Below, one piece after another: positions 37,495 to 46,806 of a stretch of DNA of 64,000 bases (the stretch's first letter is position 1; every line of letters starts with the position of its first letter). The DNA lies in contig CAUVWX020000001.1 in assembly GCA_963555815.3 (NCBI GenBank), positions 416,001 to 480,000 of the forward strand. The letters run 5' to 3'. The notes under the pieces are model-generated. The model saw only the letters and a program-made list of their open reading frames with translations. It had not been told where the DNA came from and did not search any database. The DNA is from a bacterium (lineage in GTDB: Bacteria > UBA8248 > JACPRG01 > G963555815). The position numbers and the translations under genes are program-made.

Positions 37495-40113
37495 TCACTT
37501 CACCCCGACGGGCTGGTCCGAGGGTTGAAAGACCAGATGGCGACCCTCTGCGTCCACATCGGCCCTGACCGTGTCCCCGGCCCTGAACTTACTCTCCAGG
37601 ATCTCCACCGAGAGGGGGTCCTGAAGGAGGCGCTGGATGGTCCGCTTAAGAGGTCTCGCCCCGTAACCTGGGTCCCACCCTTCCCGGGCGAGAAAGGTTT
37701 TTGCCTCTTCCGTCACTTGAAGATCGATCTTCCGCTCCATGAGTCTCATCCGAAAACGCCCGAGCTGGATCTCGACGATGGCCTTCAGGTGCTCCGGGGT
37801 CAGGCTATGGAAGAAGATGATCTCGTCCACCCGGTTCAAGAACTCAGGCCTGAACTGGGCCCGAAGGGTTTCTGTCACCCGGTGTTCCATCTCTCCTCGG
37901 GCGGCGTCGCCAAGGACCATCAATTCCCGGATGTGTTCGGTCCCCACGTTGCTCGTCATGATGACCAGGGTATTCTTAAAGTTCACCGTCCGGCCGTGGC
38001 CGTCGGTGAGGCGCCCGTCCTCCAGGAGCTGAAGGAGGACGTCGAAGACCTCGGTGTTGGCCTTCTCGATCTCCTCAAAGAGGAGGACGCAATAGGGGCG
38101 CCTTCGCACGGCCTCCGTGAGCTGTCCCCCCTCTTCAAAACCCACATAGCCTGGAGGGGCCCCGATGAGGCGAGAGACGGTGTGCTTTTCCATGTACTCG
38201 GACATGTCGATCCGCACCATCGCCCGCTCGTCATCGAAGAGAAACTCGGCCAAGGCCCGGGCGAGCTCCGTCTTGCCGACCCCGGTCGGGCCCATGAAGA
38301 TGAAAGAGCCGATGGGACGGTCCGGGTCATCAAGCCCCGAGCGGGACCTTCGGACCGCCCGGCTGACTGCCGATAGGGCCTCTGCCTGCCCCACGACCCG
38401 CTCCAGAAGGCGCTCCTCCATGCGAAGGAGTTTTTGCATCTCGCCCTCGAGCATGCGAGAGACGGGGATCCCGGTCCACTTGCTGACGACGTGGGCGATG
38501 TCCTCGTCGTCCACCTCTTCCTTCAGGACCGGAGAGTCGGCCTGCTGAGCGGCGAGACGGGCCTTTTCCGCCTCAAGGGATTTCGTGAGCTCCCCGATGA
38601 CCCCGTAGCGGAGCTCCGCGGCTCGGCCGAGATCCCCCGCCCGCTCGGCCTGTCCCTCCTCGAGGCGGGCGGCTTCAATCTTCTCCTTGCTCTCGCGGAT
38701 CTTCCCGATGATCTCTTTTTCCCTCATCCACCGGGCCTTCAAGCGAGCGCCTTTTTCCTTCAGTTCAGCCAGCTCCGTCTCGATGCCCTTGAGCCGTTCC
38801 TGAGATGCGGGGTCCTCTTCTCGCCTCAGGGCCTCCCGCTCGATCTCCAGCGTCCGGGCCCGGCGATCCACTTCATCGATCTCGGTCGGCATACTGTCGA
38901 TCTCCATCCGAAGGCGCGAGCCCCCCTCGTCGATGAGGTCAACGGCCTTATCGGGGAGGAAACGGTCGCTGATGTAGCGGTGAGAAAGGGTGGCCGCGGC
39001 GACCAGGGCCGAGTCGTTGATCCGAACGCCGTGGTGGATCTCGTAGCGGTCCCGAAGCCCTCGAAGGATAGCGATGGTGTCCTGGACAGAGGGTTCCCCG
39101 ACATGGATAGGCTGAAAGCGCCGCTCGAGGGCCGCGTCCTTCTCTACGTACTTTCGGTACTCATCCAGCGTGGTAGCGCCGATGCAGTGGAGCTCTCCCC
39201 GGGCAAGGGCGGGCTTCAGGAGGTTGGCGGCATCAATGGCCCCCTCGGCGGCCCCGGCCCCAACGACGGTGTGGAGCTCGTCAATGAAGAGGATGACCTC
39301 GCCAGCGGCCTTCTCGATCTCCTTCAGGACCGCCTTCAGGCGATCCTCAAACTCTCCCCGGAATTTTGTCCCCGCCACGAGGGCTCCCAGGTCAAGGGCA
39401 ATCAGTCGTTTTCTCTTGAGCCCCTCTGGCACGTCGCCATTGATGATGCGCTGGGCAAGACCCTCGGCGATGGCCGTTTTCCCTACGCCAGGTTCGCCGA
39501 TGAGGACTGGGTTATTTTTGGTCCTCCGCGAGAGGACCTGCATCACCCGCCGCTCCTCATCATCCCGGCCAATCACGGGATCGAGCTTCCCCAGCCGGGC
39601 GAGATCGGTCAGATCACGGCCGTAACGCTGAAGGGCCTGATATTTCTCCTCGGGGGTCTGATCCGTCACCCGCTGCCCCCCGCGAATCTCGACCAGCCCC
39701 TCGAGAAGCTTTTCGCGCGTGGCCCCGGCCGAAGAGAGGATGCGGGCACCGTCCTCCCCGGCGCGATCCGCAAGGGCCAGGAGGAGATGCTCCACACTCA
39801 CGTACTCATCCTTCATCTGGCCGGCCTCTTTCAAGGCCGCATTGAGGACTTTTTTGAGACGAGGGGAGGCGTAAGTCCCGTCAGCCCCGCTCACCTTAGA
39901 GAGCTTCTCGAGACTCTTTTCGACCTCCTGTCGGATAGCCTCCGCGTCCAGCCCAAGGCGGCTCAGAAGAGATACAGCGACCCCTTCTTTCACCCGAAGC
40001 AGGGCCAAGAGGACGTGCTCTGGCTCCAGACCCTGGTGGCCGAGCTCCTCTGCAATTTCCTGGGCCTCGCCGAGGGCCTCTTGGGCCTTCAGAGTGAGCC
40101 GGTCGAACCGCAT
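37495..40113 (-). CDS. clpB: Disaggregase ClpB
   Basis: Clp N repeats, GEPGVGKT, coiled-coil M domain, [18 protein letters not shown] 40113. Confidence 0.96.
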   Translation of the reverse strand: MRFDRLTLKAQEALGEAQEIAEELGHQGLEPEHVLLALLRVKEGVAVSLLSRLGLDAEAIRQEVEKSLEKLSKVSGADGTYASPRLKKVLNAALKEAGQMKDEYVSVEHLLLALADRAGEDGARILSSAGATREKLLEGLVEIRGGQRVTDQTPEEKYQALQRYGRDLTDLARLGKLDPVIGRDDEERRVMQVLSRRTKNNPVLIGEPGVGKTAIAEGLAQRIINGDVPEGLKRKRLIALDLGALVAGTKFRGEFEDRLKAVLKEIEKAAGEVILFIDELHTVVGAGAAEGAIDAANLLKPALARGELHCIGATTLDEYRKYVEKDAALERRFQPIHVGEPSVQDTIAILRGLRDRYEIHHGVRINDSALVAAATLSHRYISDRFLPDKAVDLIDEGGSRLRMEIDSMPTEIDEVDRRARTLEIEREALRREEDPASQERLKGIETELAELKEKGARLKARWMREKEIIGKIRESKEKIEAARLEEGQAERAGDLGRAAELRYGVIGELTKSLEAEKARLAAQQADSPVLKEEVDDEDIAHVVSKWTGIPVSRMLEGEMQKLLRMEERLLERVVGQAEALSAVSRAVRRSRSGLDDPDRPIGSFIFMGPTGVGKTELARALAEFLFDDERAMVRIDMSEYMEKHTVSRLIGAPPGYVGFEEGGQLTEAVRRRPYCVLLFEEIEKANTEVFDVLLQLLEDGRLTDGHGRTVNFKNTLVIMTSNVGTEHIRELMVLGDAARGEMEHRVTETLRAQFRPEFLNRVDEIIFFHSLTPEHLKAIVEIQLGRFRMRLMERKIDLQVTEEAKTFLAREGWDPGYGARPLKRTIQRLLQDPLSVEILESKFRAGDTVRADVDAEGRHLVFQPSDQPVGVK

Positions 40114-40183
40114 GCTTTTCTCCGTTGAAAGTTGAAATGATAGAAGACGAACTTCGTTCCGGCTGTTATTTGATTCAACGCGA

Positions 40184-40224
40184 AATATACTATATGAGCG
40201 AGATGTTGTCAAGTTTTATGACAA
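40184..40224 (-). promoter_or_regulatory. sigma70 promoter of clpB operon overlapped by HAIR-like operator
   Basis: Minus strand TTGACA(40212-40207)-17 bp-TATATT(40189-40184); TATGAGC-N7-TGTCAAG (40193-40213) versus HAIR CTTGAGT-N7-ACTCAAG; TTGTCA-N7-TGACAA palindrome at 40206-40224. Confidence 0.7.
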
Positions 40225-40299
40225 ATTTAATTTAGAATAATCTGGGGATGTTTATTTATTCATTTGAATTCAATTAGTTATAATATGTCTGGGTTTTGC

Positions 40300-40776
40300 C
40301 TAAAGGGTGGGACTCCACATCACCAGGGCGTCTTCCCAATTGTCCGGGTAGTAACCCTTGCGAATGGCGGCCGCTTGAAAACCATGGCGCTCATAGAAAC
40401 ACCGGGCCACTTCGTTGGACAGCCGGACCTCTAAGGTGGCCCGCCGGGCACCCTTGATCTTTGCCCCATTGAGCATCTCCGTCAGGAGCCGATGGGCCAC
40501 ACCCTGTCGCCGGTAGGCCTCCTCGACGGCGAGGTTGGTGATATGGACCTCATCGCTGACAATCCAGCAGCAGGTGTACCCCACCACCCCCCTCTCCCCT
40601 CCGGGAAGCGCAACCTCTGCCACGAAGAGATGGGCGAGATCCTTATCCTTGAGCTCTTGCCGAAAGACGGCCGGGCTCCAGGACAAGGGGAAGACCTCCC
40701 GCTCGATGGCCAGCACGGCGGGCAGGTCAGCCTCCTCCATGGGTCTGATGGTGACATGCAGCGGGTTTTCGACCAT
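40300..40776 (-). CDS. rimI: Ribosomal protein alanine N-acetyltransferase
   Basis: EVHITNLAV...RRQG, LEVR.SN..A..FY, RKGYY...EDALVM. Confidence 0.9.
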   Translation of the reverse strand: MVENPLHVTIRPMEEADLPAVLAIEREVFPLSWSPAVFRQELKDKDLAHLFVAEVALPGGERGVVGYTCCWIVSDEVHITNLAVEEAYRRQGVAHRLLTEMLNGAKIKGARRATLEVRLSNEVARCFYERHGFQAAAIRKGYYPDNWEDALVMWSPTL

Positions 40777-40922
40777 GCTCGCTCCGAAGGACTGCTACTC
40801 CCCTTATGAGGGAATCCCTTCCTGGCACCGACACAACGAACCTAGAGAGGTTATGTTAGGCTTTCAAGGGGTGCGCGTCAGCCCTCTAGGTCTAACGTCC
40901 AACAAGCGCTAAGACAACCGTC

Positions 40923-42164
40923 ATGCACAGCCTTCCCCCCGATGTCCGGCGTATCTTGAGGATCAAGGCGCTTCGTGCCTTCGCCTACGGGTTTGGGAGT
41001 ATTCTGCTGGGGGCATCACTGCAGGAGGCGGGGCTCTCAGTGACCCAGGTGGGGGTCCTCTTCAGCGTCCTGCTGGCCGGGACGGCCCTAATGTCGGCCC
41101 TTGTCGCGGTGGCAGGGGAGCGGATCGGTCGACGACGCCTCTACTGCTCCCTCTTTCTCCTCATGGCGGCCTCGGGAGCACTCTTTGGCCTCTCCCAGGC
41201 GTTCCCCCTCCTCATCCTGGCGGCCTTGACCGGGACCCTCTCCGCCGAGGTGGTGGAGTCCGGCCCTTTCACTTCTCTGGAGCAGGCCATGCTCCCGGGC
41301 GTCACCGGCAAAGGGAAGGAACGCAACCGGGTCTTCGGTTATTCCAACGCCATCGCCGCGGTGGTGGGGTCTTGGGGGGCCCTCGCCGCCGGTGGCCCCG
41401 AATTCTTCCGTCGCTTCATCTCTCTTCCGGCGACCCAGCGCTGGTTTCTCCTCTACGTGGCCATTGGCCTCATCGCCGCCTGGATGGCCCTTCGCCTTTC
41501 GCCCCAAGTCGAGACAGTCGGCGTAAAGCAGGGCCCGCCTCTTCAGCGCTCCAGGGGCATCGTCACTCGACTCTCCGCCCTCTTTGCCCTGGACTCCTTT
41601 GCCGGGGGCTTCATCATCCAAGCCTTCATCGTCTTTTGGCTCCAGCTCAGGTTCGGGGCCTCGATAGAACTCCTGGGCCTTACCTTCTTCGCCACGGGGC
41701 TCCTTCAGGGCGCTTCCTTTCTGATCGCAACCAGGCTCGCCAACCGAATCGGCCTCTTGAACACCATGGTCTTCACGCACCTCCCCTCCAATCTCCTCCT
41801 AGCCGCCATCCCCCTCGCCCCGAACCTTCCCATCGCCCTGGGACTCCTTTTGGCCCGACACGCCCTCTCCCAGATGGACGTCCCGACCCGCCAGTCTTAT
41901 GTGGTGGCCGTCGTGGGGCCGGAGGAGCGTGTTGCCGCCGCGGGCTTTACTAATTTTGCCCGAAACGTCGTGCGGCCCTTTGCCCCGGCCCTGGCCGGGG
42001 CCCTCACCCAGGGTCTCGCTCTGGGCGCTCCCTTCTACATCGCCGGCGGTCTAAAATCCATCCACGATCTCGTCCTCTTCGCAATGTTTCGGAGGATCAG
42101 ACCGCCTGAGGAGCACCTGCCCCTCCAAAAAACCATGGAGGCTGTCAAGGGGGACAGAGGTTGA
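40923..42164 (+). CDS. MFS transporter
   Basis: About 12 hydrophobic segments; ERIGRRR, LDSFAGGF, MVFTHLPSN, SQMDVPTRQSY. Confidence 0.9.
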   Translation: MHSLPPDVRRILRIKALRAFAYGFGSILLGASLQEAGLSVTQVGVLFSVLLAGTALMSALVAVAGERIGRRRLYCSLFLLMAASGALFGLSQAFPLLILAALTGTLSAEVVESGPFTSLEQAMLPGVTGKGKERNRVFGYSNAIAAVVGSWGALAAGGPEFFRRFISLPATQRWFLLYVAIGLIAAWMALRLSPQVETVGVKQGPPLQRSRGIVTRLSALFALDSFAGGFIIQAFIVFWLQLRFGASIELLGLTFFATGLLQGASFLIATRLANRIGLLNTMVFTHLPSNLLLAAIPLAPNLPIALGLLLARHALSQMDVPTRQSYVVAVVGPEERVAAAGFTNFARNVVRPFAPALAGALTQGLALGAPFYIAGGLKSIHDLVLFAMFRRIRPPEEHLPLQKTMEAVKGDRG

Positions 42165-42219
42165 TGCCCACGTCTGTCCAGCGGGGCCCACACCGCTACA
42201 AATTCAAGGCACTAGAGGC

Positions 42220-42249
42220 TTGACAGGGGGCGAGGGAGGATTGTATATT
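42220..42249 (+). promoter_or_regulatory. Probable sigma70 promoter of the glycan cluster
   Basis: TTGACA-18 bp-TATATT upstream of the radical SAM gene. Confidence 0.55.
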
Positions 42250-42356
42250 GACGTGCTATCCATTCCATGGAGATGCGTTTGACTTCGGGGAAAAGGGGGA
42301 TAATGATCCCCAAGGAACGCCCTTGAAATAATCTCCCTTCTAAAGGGGTCACCAGG

Positions 42357-43409
42357 ATGCGCCAGTCGGCTTATCGGGAGCACAAAGACTTCAAGTCTCA
42401 TCTCAATTTTTTGTGGCGAAGGTGTCTGAGTCCCAAGTATCTCATCTACCGGGGCAAGTGGCACTGGGCTCCCCGCTTCGACCACGTCCTCAAGTTCCCC
42501 ACCCACGTGGACATTGAACTCAATAACACCTGCAACCTGCGGTGCGTCATGTGCCCCCACGGATTTGACGAGACCCCGGCCTTCAAGGCGAGCCTCGGCT
42601 ACATGGATTTCGAGATGGCGAAGTCCATCGTCGATGAGGGGGTGTCCAAGGGAATGTTCTCCTGCAAGTTCAATTGGCGGGGGGAGCCCTTGGTCCATCG
42701 GGAGCTCCTGACAAAGAGCATCCGGTATGCCAAGGCCAAGGGGGTCAGGGATATCCAGATGAACACCAACGGCCTCCTCCTCAACCCGGACTACTCCCGG
42801 GAACTCATCAATTCCGGCCTCGATCGGATCCTCTTCTCCCTGGACGGCGCCACCAAAGAATCCTACGAGAGCATTCGGATTGGCGGAAAATTCGAGAAGC
42901 TGGTGAACAACATCCGGGAGTTCGTAGAGATCCGAAACAGCATGAACGTCCGGCGCCCCATCATCCGCGTGGGGATGGTCCGGATGGACGAGAACTCCTC
43001 GGAAGCCTCGGACTTTGTCCGGATGTGGCAGGGGGTGGTGGACTATGTCTCCATCACCGATTACACCAACCGTGGAGAGCAGGATGACCGCCTCGAGAAG
43101 ACTCAGGAACTCATCGCCGTCGGTCGCCGCCCCTGTCCCCAAGTCTGGCAGCGCCTCATCATCGCCTTCGACGGAAAGGCCATCATCTGCTGCCGGGACT
43201 GGGACTCCCACCACGTCGTAGGAAATTTCAACCGCTCCTCTGTGGAGGAGATCTGGAAGGGGAAAGCCCTGGAGACGATCCGCCAGATCCACCGGGAGCG
43301 CAGGCTGGACGACATGACGGCCTGCCGCAGCTGCAAATATAAGGAAAGCTACGAGTGGGTTCAGGCTTCCAAGCTAAAAGCCTCGACAGTCGCCGCGACG
43401 GCCCCTTGA
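42357..43409 (+). CDS. Radical SAM protein with twitch/SPASM-type C-terminal domain
   Basis: CNLRCVMC, GEP, NTNG; PC...G...CC.D...GN...CRSC. Confidence 0.92.
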   Translation: MRQSAYREHKDFKSHLNFLWRRCLSPKYLIYRGKWHWAPRFDHVLKFPTHVDIELNNTCNLRCVMCPHGFDETPAFKASLGYMDFEMAKSIVDEGVSKGMFSCKFNWRGEPLVHRELLTKSIRYAKAKGVRDIQMNTNGLLLNPDYSRELINSGLDRILFSLDGATKESYESIRIGGKFEKLVNNIREFVEIRNSMNVRRPIIRVGMVRMDENSSEASDFVRMWQGVVDYVSITDYTNRGEQDDRLEKTQELIAVGRRPCPQVWQRLIIAFDGKAIICCRDWDSHHVVGNFNRSSVEEIWKGKALETIRQIHRERRLDDMTACRSCKYKESYEWVQASKLKASTVAATAP

Positions 43410-43531
43410 GGGGCGGGCGAATCACTCTCTCCAGAGAAAAAGAAGACCAGCCTGAGAGAAACCCCTTACTTGTGCTCACCAGCTCCCGAAAATGAGAAGG
43501 ATCTCACCTGGGGTCTTTTGGACCAAGCGAG

Positions 43532-44554
43532 ATGACTGAACACCTAAATTCCCCAGAGGGTTGCCTCATCGTTGCAGCCCTGGGGGTGAATCATAACGGG
43601 GATGTGGCGCGCGCCCGAAAGATGGTGGACATCGCCGCCGACTCGGGCTGCAACGCCGTCAGCCTCCCCAAGCGGCGTCCCGATGAGACGTGGACCCGAG
43701 AGGTCCTGGACCGGAAGGAGCCCCGCTTTCCCGAGCTGGGGCCGACCCTTCGGGTGATCTGGGACCGCCTGGATCTGGATTCCCAAGCCTTCGGGCAGAT
43801 CCGGGGGCAAGCCCAGGGGCGCCTCGGGTTTATCGGCGAGGCATACGACATCCCCTCCCTGGAGTTCCTGGACGCTTTCGAACCCGACGCCCTGAAGATC
43901 CCCGCCGAGGCCAATACGGATCTTCCCCTCCTTCAGGCCGTGGCTCGAAGGGAAAAGCCCGTTCTGGTCTCAACGGCCACCTTGGACGCTCGGGAGGTGG
44001 AGAGCCTCGTCCAAAACCTCAAGGGCTGCAACCTGACACTCCTTCACGGGGTCGCCTCCTTCCCCACACCCCCCGAGGAGAGCCAGCTTCAGATGATCCA
44101 TTGGCTCAGGCGTTTTGAATGCACCGTAGGGTATGAGGATTACGAAGACGGGATCCTCACGGCCCCGGTCGCCGCGGCCCTAGGGGCAAAGGTGGTCCAG
44201 AAGCGCCTGACCCTGGACCGGTGCCTGCCGGGGTTCGAGCACGCCTTTAGCGCCGAGCCGGATGAGCTCCGCCGGATGGTAGAGTCCATCCGAAAGGTCC
44301 AGCGGGCCGTGGGGGGAGAGGTGGAAAAGAGGCTCTTACCGATGGAGGTGGACTCTTTCGACAACCACCGGAGATCGGTCGTGGCGGCCGTTGACATCCC
44401 CCAGGGGACGGTCCTGACGCGAGAGATGCTGACCGCCAAGGCGCCCCTTCGGGGCCTCACCCCGCACCTGATCCCCGACCTCATCGGCAAACGCGCCCTC
44501 TATCCGATTCGCAAAGACGACCACATCACCTTCGGATTGGTGGAGATGACATGA
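43532..44554 (+). CDS. NeuB/SpsE (nonulosonate synthase) family protein with SAF domain; active-site motifs degenerate
   Basis: GVNHNGD, LKI, LLH...FP, TLDR.LPG..H..S.EP.E, RRSVVA..DI..G C-terminal domain. Confidence 0.85.
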   Translation: MTEHLNSPEGCLIVAALGVNHNGDVARARKMVDIAADSGCNAVSLPKRRPDETWTREVLDRKEPRFPELGPTLRVIWDRLDLDSQAFGQIRGQAQGRLGFIGEAYDIPSLEFLDAFEPDALKIPAEANTDLPLLQAVARREKPVLVSTATLDAREVESLVQNLKGCNLTLLHGVASFPTPPEESQLQMIHWLRRFECTVGYEDYEDGILTAPVAAALGAKVVQKRLTLDRCLPGFEHAFSAEPDELRRMVESIRKVQRAVGGEVEKRLLPMEVDSFDNHRRSVVAAVDIPQGTVLTREMLTAKAPLRGLTPHLIPDLIGKRALYPIRKDDHITFGLVEMT

Positions 44555-45237
44555 AAGAGACCCCCCTCATCTCGGCCGTCATCCGTGTGAAGGATGAGAT
44601 CCACTGGATCCGCCGTTGCCTGCGGGCCGCTTTCCTCCAGGACTATCCCAGGCTGGAGATCATCATTGTGGAGAATGAATCGAGCGACGGGACCGAGGAG
44701 GCGGTGCGGGAATTTGAGTGCAAGATCGTCTCCATCAGTGACGCCGAGTTCAGCTTCGGCCGTGCCCTCAACCGGGGCATCCAGGCCTCCCGGGGGGATC
44801 TCATCGCCTGTCTGTCATCCCACTGCATCCCGATCAACAACAAGTGGCTCGACCGTCTCCTCATCAACTTTGAGTCTGACCGTGTCGCCGCTGTCTACGG
44901 CCGTCAGGAGCCCCTTCCCGACACCAACATCTTCGACAAGCGGGACCTCTGGAACACCTTCGGGCTGGACCGCAAGGTCCAGGTGCGGGATTCCTTCTTC
45001 CACAACGCCAACGCCATGTTGCGCCGAAGTGTCTGGGAAGAGATCCCTTTTGACGAGGAGCTCGACGGGGTGGAGGATCGGGACTGGGCCAAGAAGGTGA
45101 TTGAAACCGGCTACCAGATCATCTACGAGCCCCAGGCCAGCGTGTATCACCACCACGGCATCCATCAGGCCATGGACCCGAACCGGGCCGAGCGCGTGGT
45201 GAGGATGATCGAACTCATCAACGGCCGGGAGCCCTGA
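44551..45237 (+). CDS. GT2 glycosyltransferase
   Basis: EIIIVENESSDGT, FSFGRALN.G, YGRQ.P, VEDRDWA; ATGA overlap with previous gene. Confidence 0.85.
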   Translation: MKETPLISAVIRVKDEIHWIRRCLRAAFLQDYPRLEIIIVENESSDGTEEAVREFECKIVSISDAEFSFGRALNRGIQASRGDLIACLSSHCIPINNKWLDRLLINFESDRVAAVYGRQEPLPDTNIFDKRDLWNTFGLDRKVQVRDSFFHNANAMLRRSVWEEIPFDEELDGVEDRDWAKKVIETGYQIIYEPQASVYHHHGIHQAMDPNRAERVVRMIELINGREP

Positions 45238-45258
45238 GACACCCCTTGGAGGATTCGT

Positions 45259-46014
45259 ATGGGCGAGGGCCACGTGGTTGCCCTAATTCCGGCCCGCGGA
45301 GGTTCCAAGGGCCTTGCCCGAAAGAACGTCAGGCCGCTTGCCGGAAAGCCTCTGATCGCCCATACCATCCAGGCCGCTTGCCGGGCGGGGCGGGTGGAAC
45401 GGGTCATCGTCTCGACCGACGACAAGGAGATCGCCCAGGTCGCCCGGGAGTCTGGCGCCGAGGTTCCCTTTCTCCGGCCCACCTCCTACAAGACACCGTC
45501 GGGGGCCACGGTGGACCTCACCTCTGACGCGGCCTCTACAGAGGAGGTCCTCCGGCACGCCCTCCTCTGGCTCAAGCAGGAGGAGGGCTATCCCGTCGAG
45601 ATCCTGGTCTACCTTCAGACGACGGATGTCTTCCGACACCGGGGGATGATCGACCGGGTGGTCCAGGCCCTTCAGGAGGACCCCTCGTTGGACTCGGTCT
45701 TCATCGGGTATCGGGATCACAAGAACTACTGGCTGGAATCAGAAGGCGGGTTTTCTCCCATGGGCCCGCCCCGGTGGCACGTGTCCCGTCAAATGAAGCG
45801 GCCCATCTACCGGGAGGACACGGGCCTCGCCTGTGCCACCCGCCCCCGCTTTCTCCTGGGGGAACCTCCCCGCCGCCTGGGGGATCGAGTCCTCATCATC
45901 CCCAATGAGGACCCGGCCTCCGCCATCGACATCCACGAGGAGTTTGACCTCTGGCTGGCCGACAAGGTGCTGACGGAATGGCAGGATAGAGATATCTACG
46001 ACGTGAGTGGATGA
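45259..46014 (+). CDS. CMP-ulosonate synthetase (NeuA family cytidylyltransferase)
   Basis: IPARGGSKG..RKN..LAGKPLI, VSTDD, FLRP, IDI. Confidence 0.9.
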   Translation: MGEGHVVALIPARGGSKGLARKNVRPLAGKPLIAHTIQAACRAGRVERVIVSTDDKEIAQVARESGAEVPFLRPTSYKTPSGATVDLTSDAASTEEVLRHALLWLKQEEGYPVEILVYLQTTDVFRHRGMIDRVVQALQEDPSLDSVFIGYRDHKNYWLESEGGFSPMGPPRWHVSRQMKRPIYREDTGLACATRPRFLLGEPPRRLGDRVLIIPNEDPASAIDIHEEFDLWLADKVLTEWQDRDIYDVSG

Positions 46015-46050
46015 TGAATTCCCTGAAGATGCGCGCGAACAGAGGCTCTC

Positions 46051-46764
46051 ATGATATCGCCCGGTGAGATCCCGCCCGGGGGCGCCCAGGTCATTGCCCT
46101 GATTCCGGTCCAGGGACTTCCCCTCTATTACGAGAAGCTCGGTGACAGGACCCTCCTCGCCCACACCATCCAGGCGGCGAAGGCGAGCCGATCGGTCCAG
46201 CGGATCATCGTCTCAACAGAAGACGACCAGATGGCTGAGCTCGCCAAGCGCGAGGGGGCCGAGGCCCCCTTCCTCAGGCCGAAAGAGCTCGCCTCCTCCG
46301 ACGTCCCCCTCGAGAAGGTCCTTCAGCACGCTGTCGAATGGTTGGAAGAAAGCGAGGGGAAACCCGTCGAGGTCCTCGTCCTTCTGGAGGTGACGCACCC
46401 CTTCCGGCCTCCCGGCCTCATCGACAAGATCGTGGAGACCCTCTTTCGGGAGAACTGGGACTCGGTCTTCGTGGCCCATGAGGAGCGGGCGAACTTCTGG
46501 TATCTTCAGGGGGGAGGGCTCACCCGGATCAGCGGGCCGGAGCGAGGGCCAAGAACCCTCAAGAGCCCCCTCTACCGGGAGATCAGCGGCCTCGTCTGTG
46601 CGACCCGGGGGGAGATCATCAAACGGGGAGAACGCCTAGGCTACAGGGTGGGGATGGTCCCCATTCGGGACCTATCGGGAATTGTGGACATCAGAACCCC
46701 GACCGATCTTGAGATTGCGGAACGACTCTTGCCAAAGTGGGAATCTCTCTGCCTCTCCCGCTGA
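46051..46764 (+). CDS. Second NeuA-family protein lacking the CTP-binding loop
   Basis: VSTED, PFLRP.ELA, T.PFR, VDI...D...AE retained; ARGGSKG/KN absent. Confidence 0.8.
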   Translation: MISPGEIPPGGAQVIALIPVQGLPLYYEKLGDRTLLAHTIQAAKASRSVQRIIVSTEDDQMAELAKREGAEAPFLRPKELASSDVPLEKVLQHAVEWLEESEGKPVEVLVLLEVTHPFRPPGLIDKIVETLFRENWDSVFVAHEERANFWYLQGGGLTRISGPERGPRTLKSPLYREISGLVCATRGEIIKRGERLGYRVGMVPIRDLSGIVDIRTPTDLEIAERLLPKWESLCLSR

Positions 46765-46806
46765 GCCCGCCCAAGGGGCCCGGAAACAGGCAGTGAATCT
46801 GAAACC

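Noticed and set aside
35487..40128. Long plus-strand ORFs (307, 300, 283 and 564 aa) opposite dnaK and clpB
   Set aside because: Antisense shadows typical of biased codon usage in high-GC chaperone genes; no independent motifs
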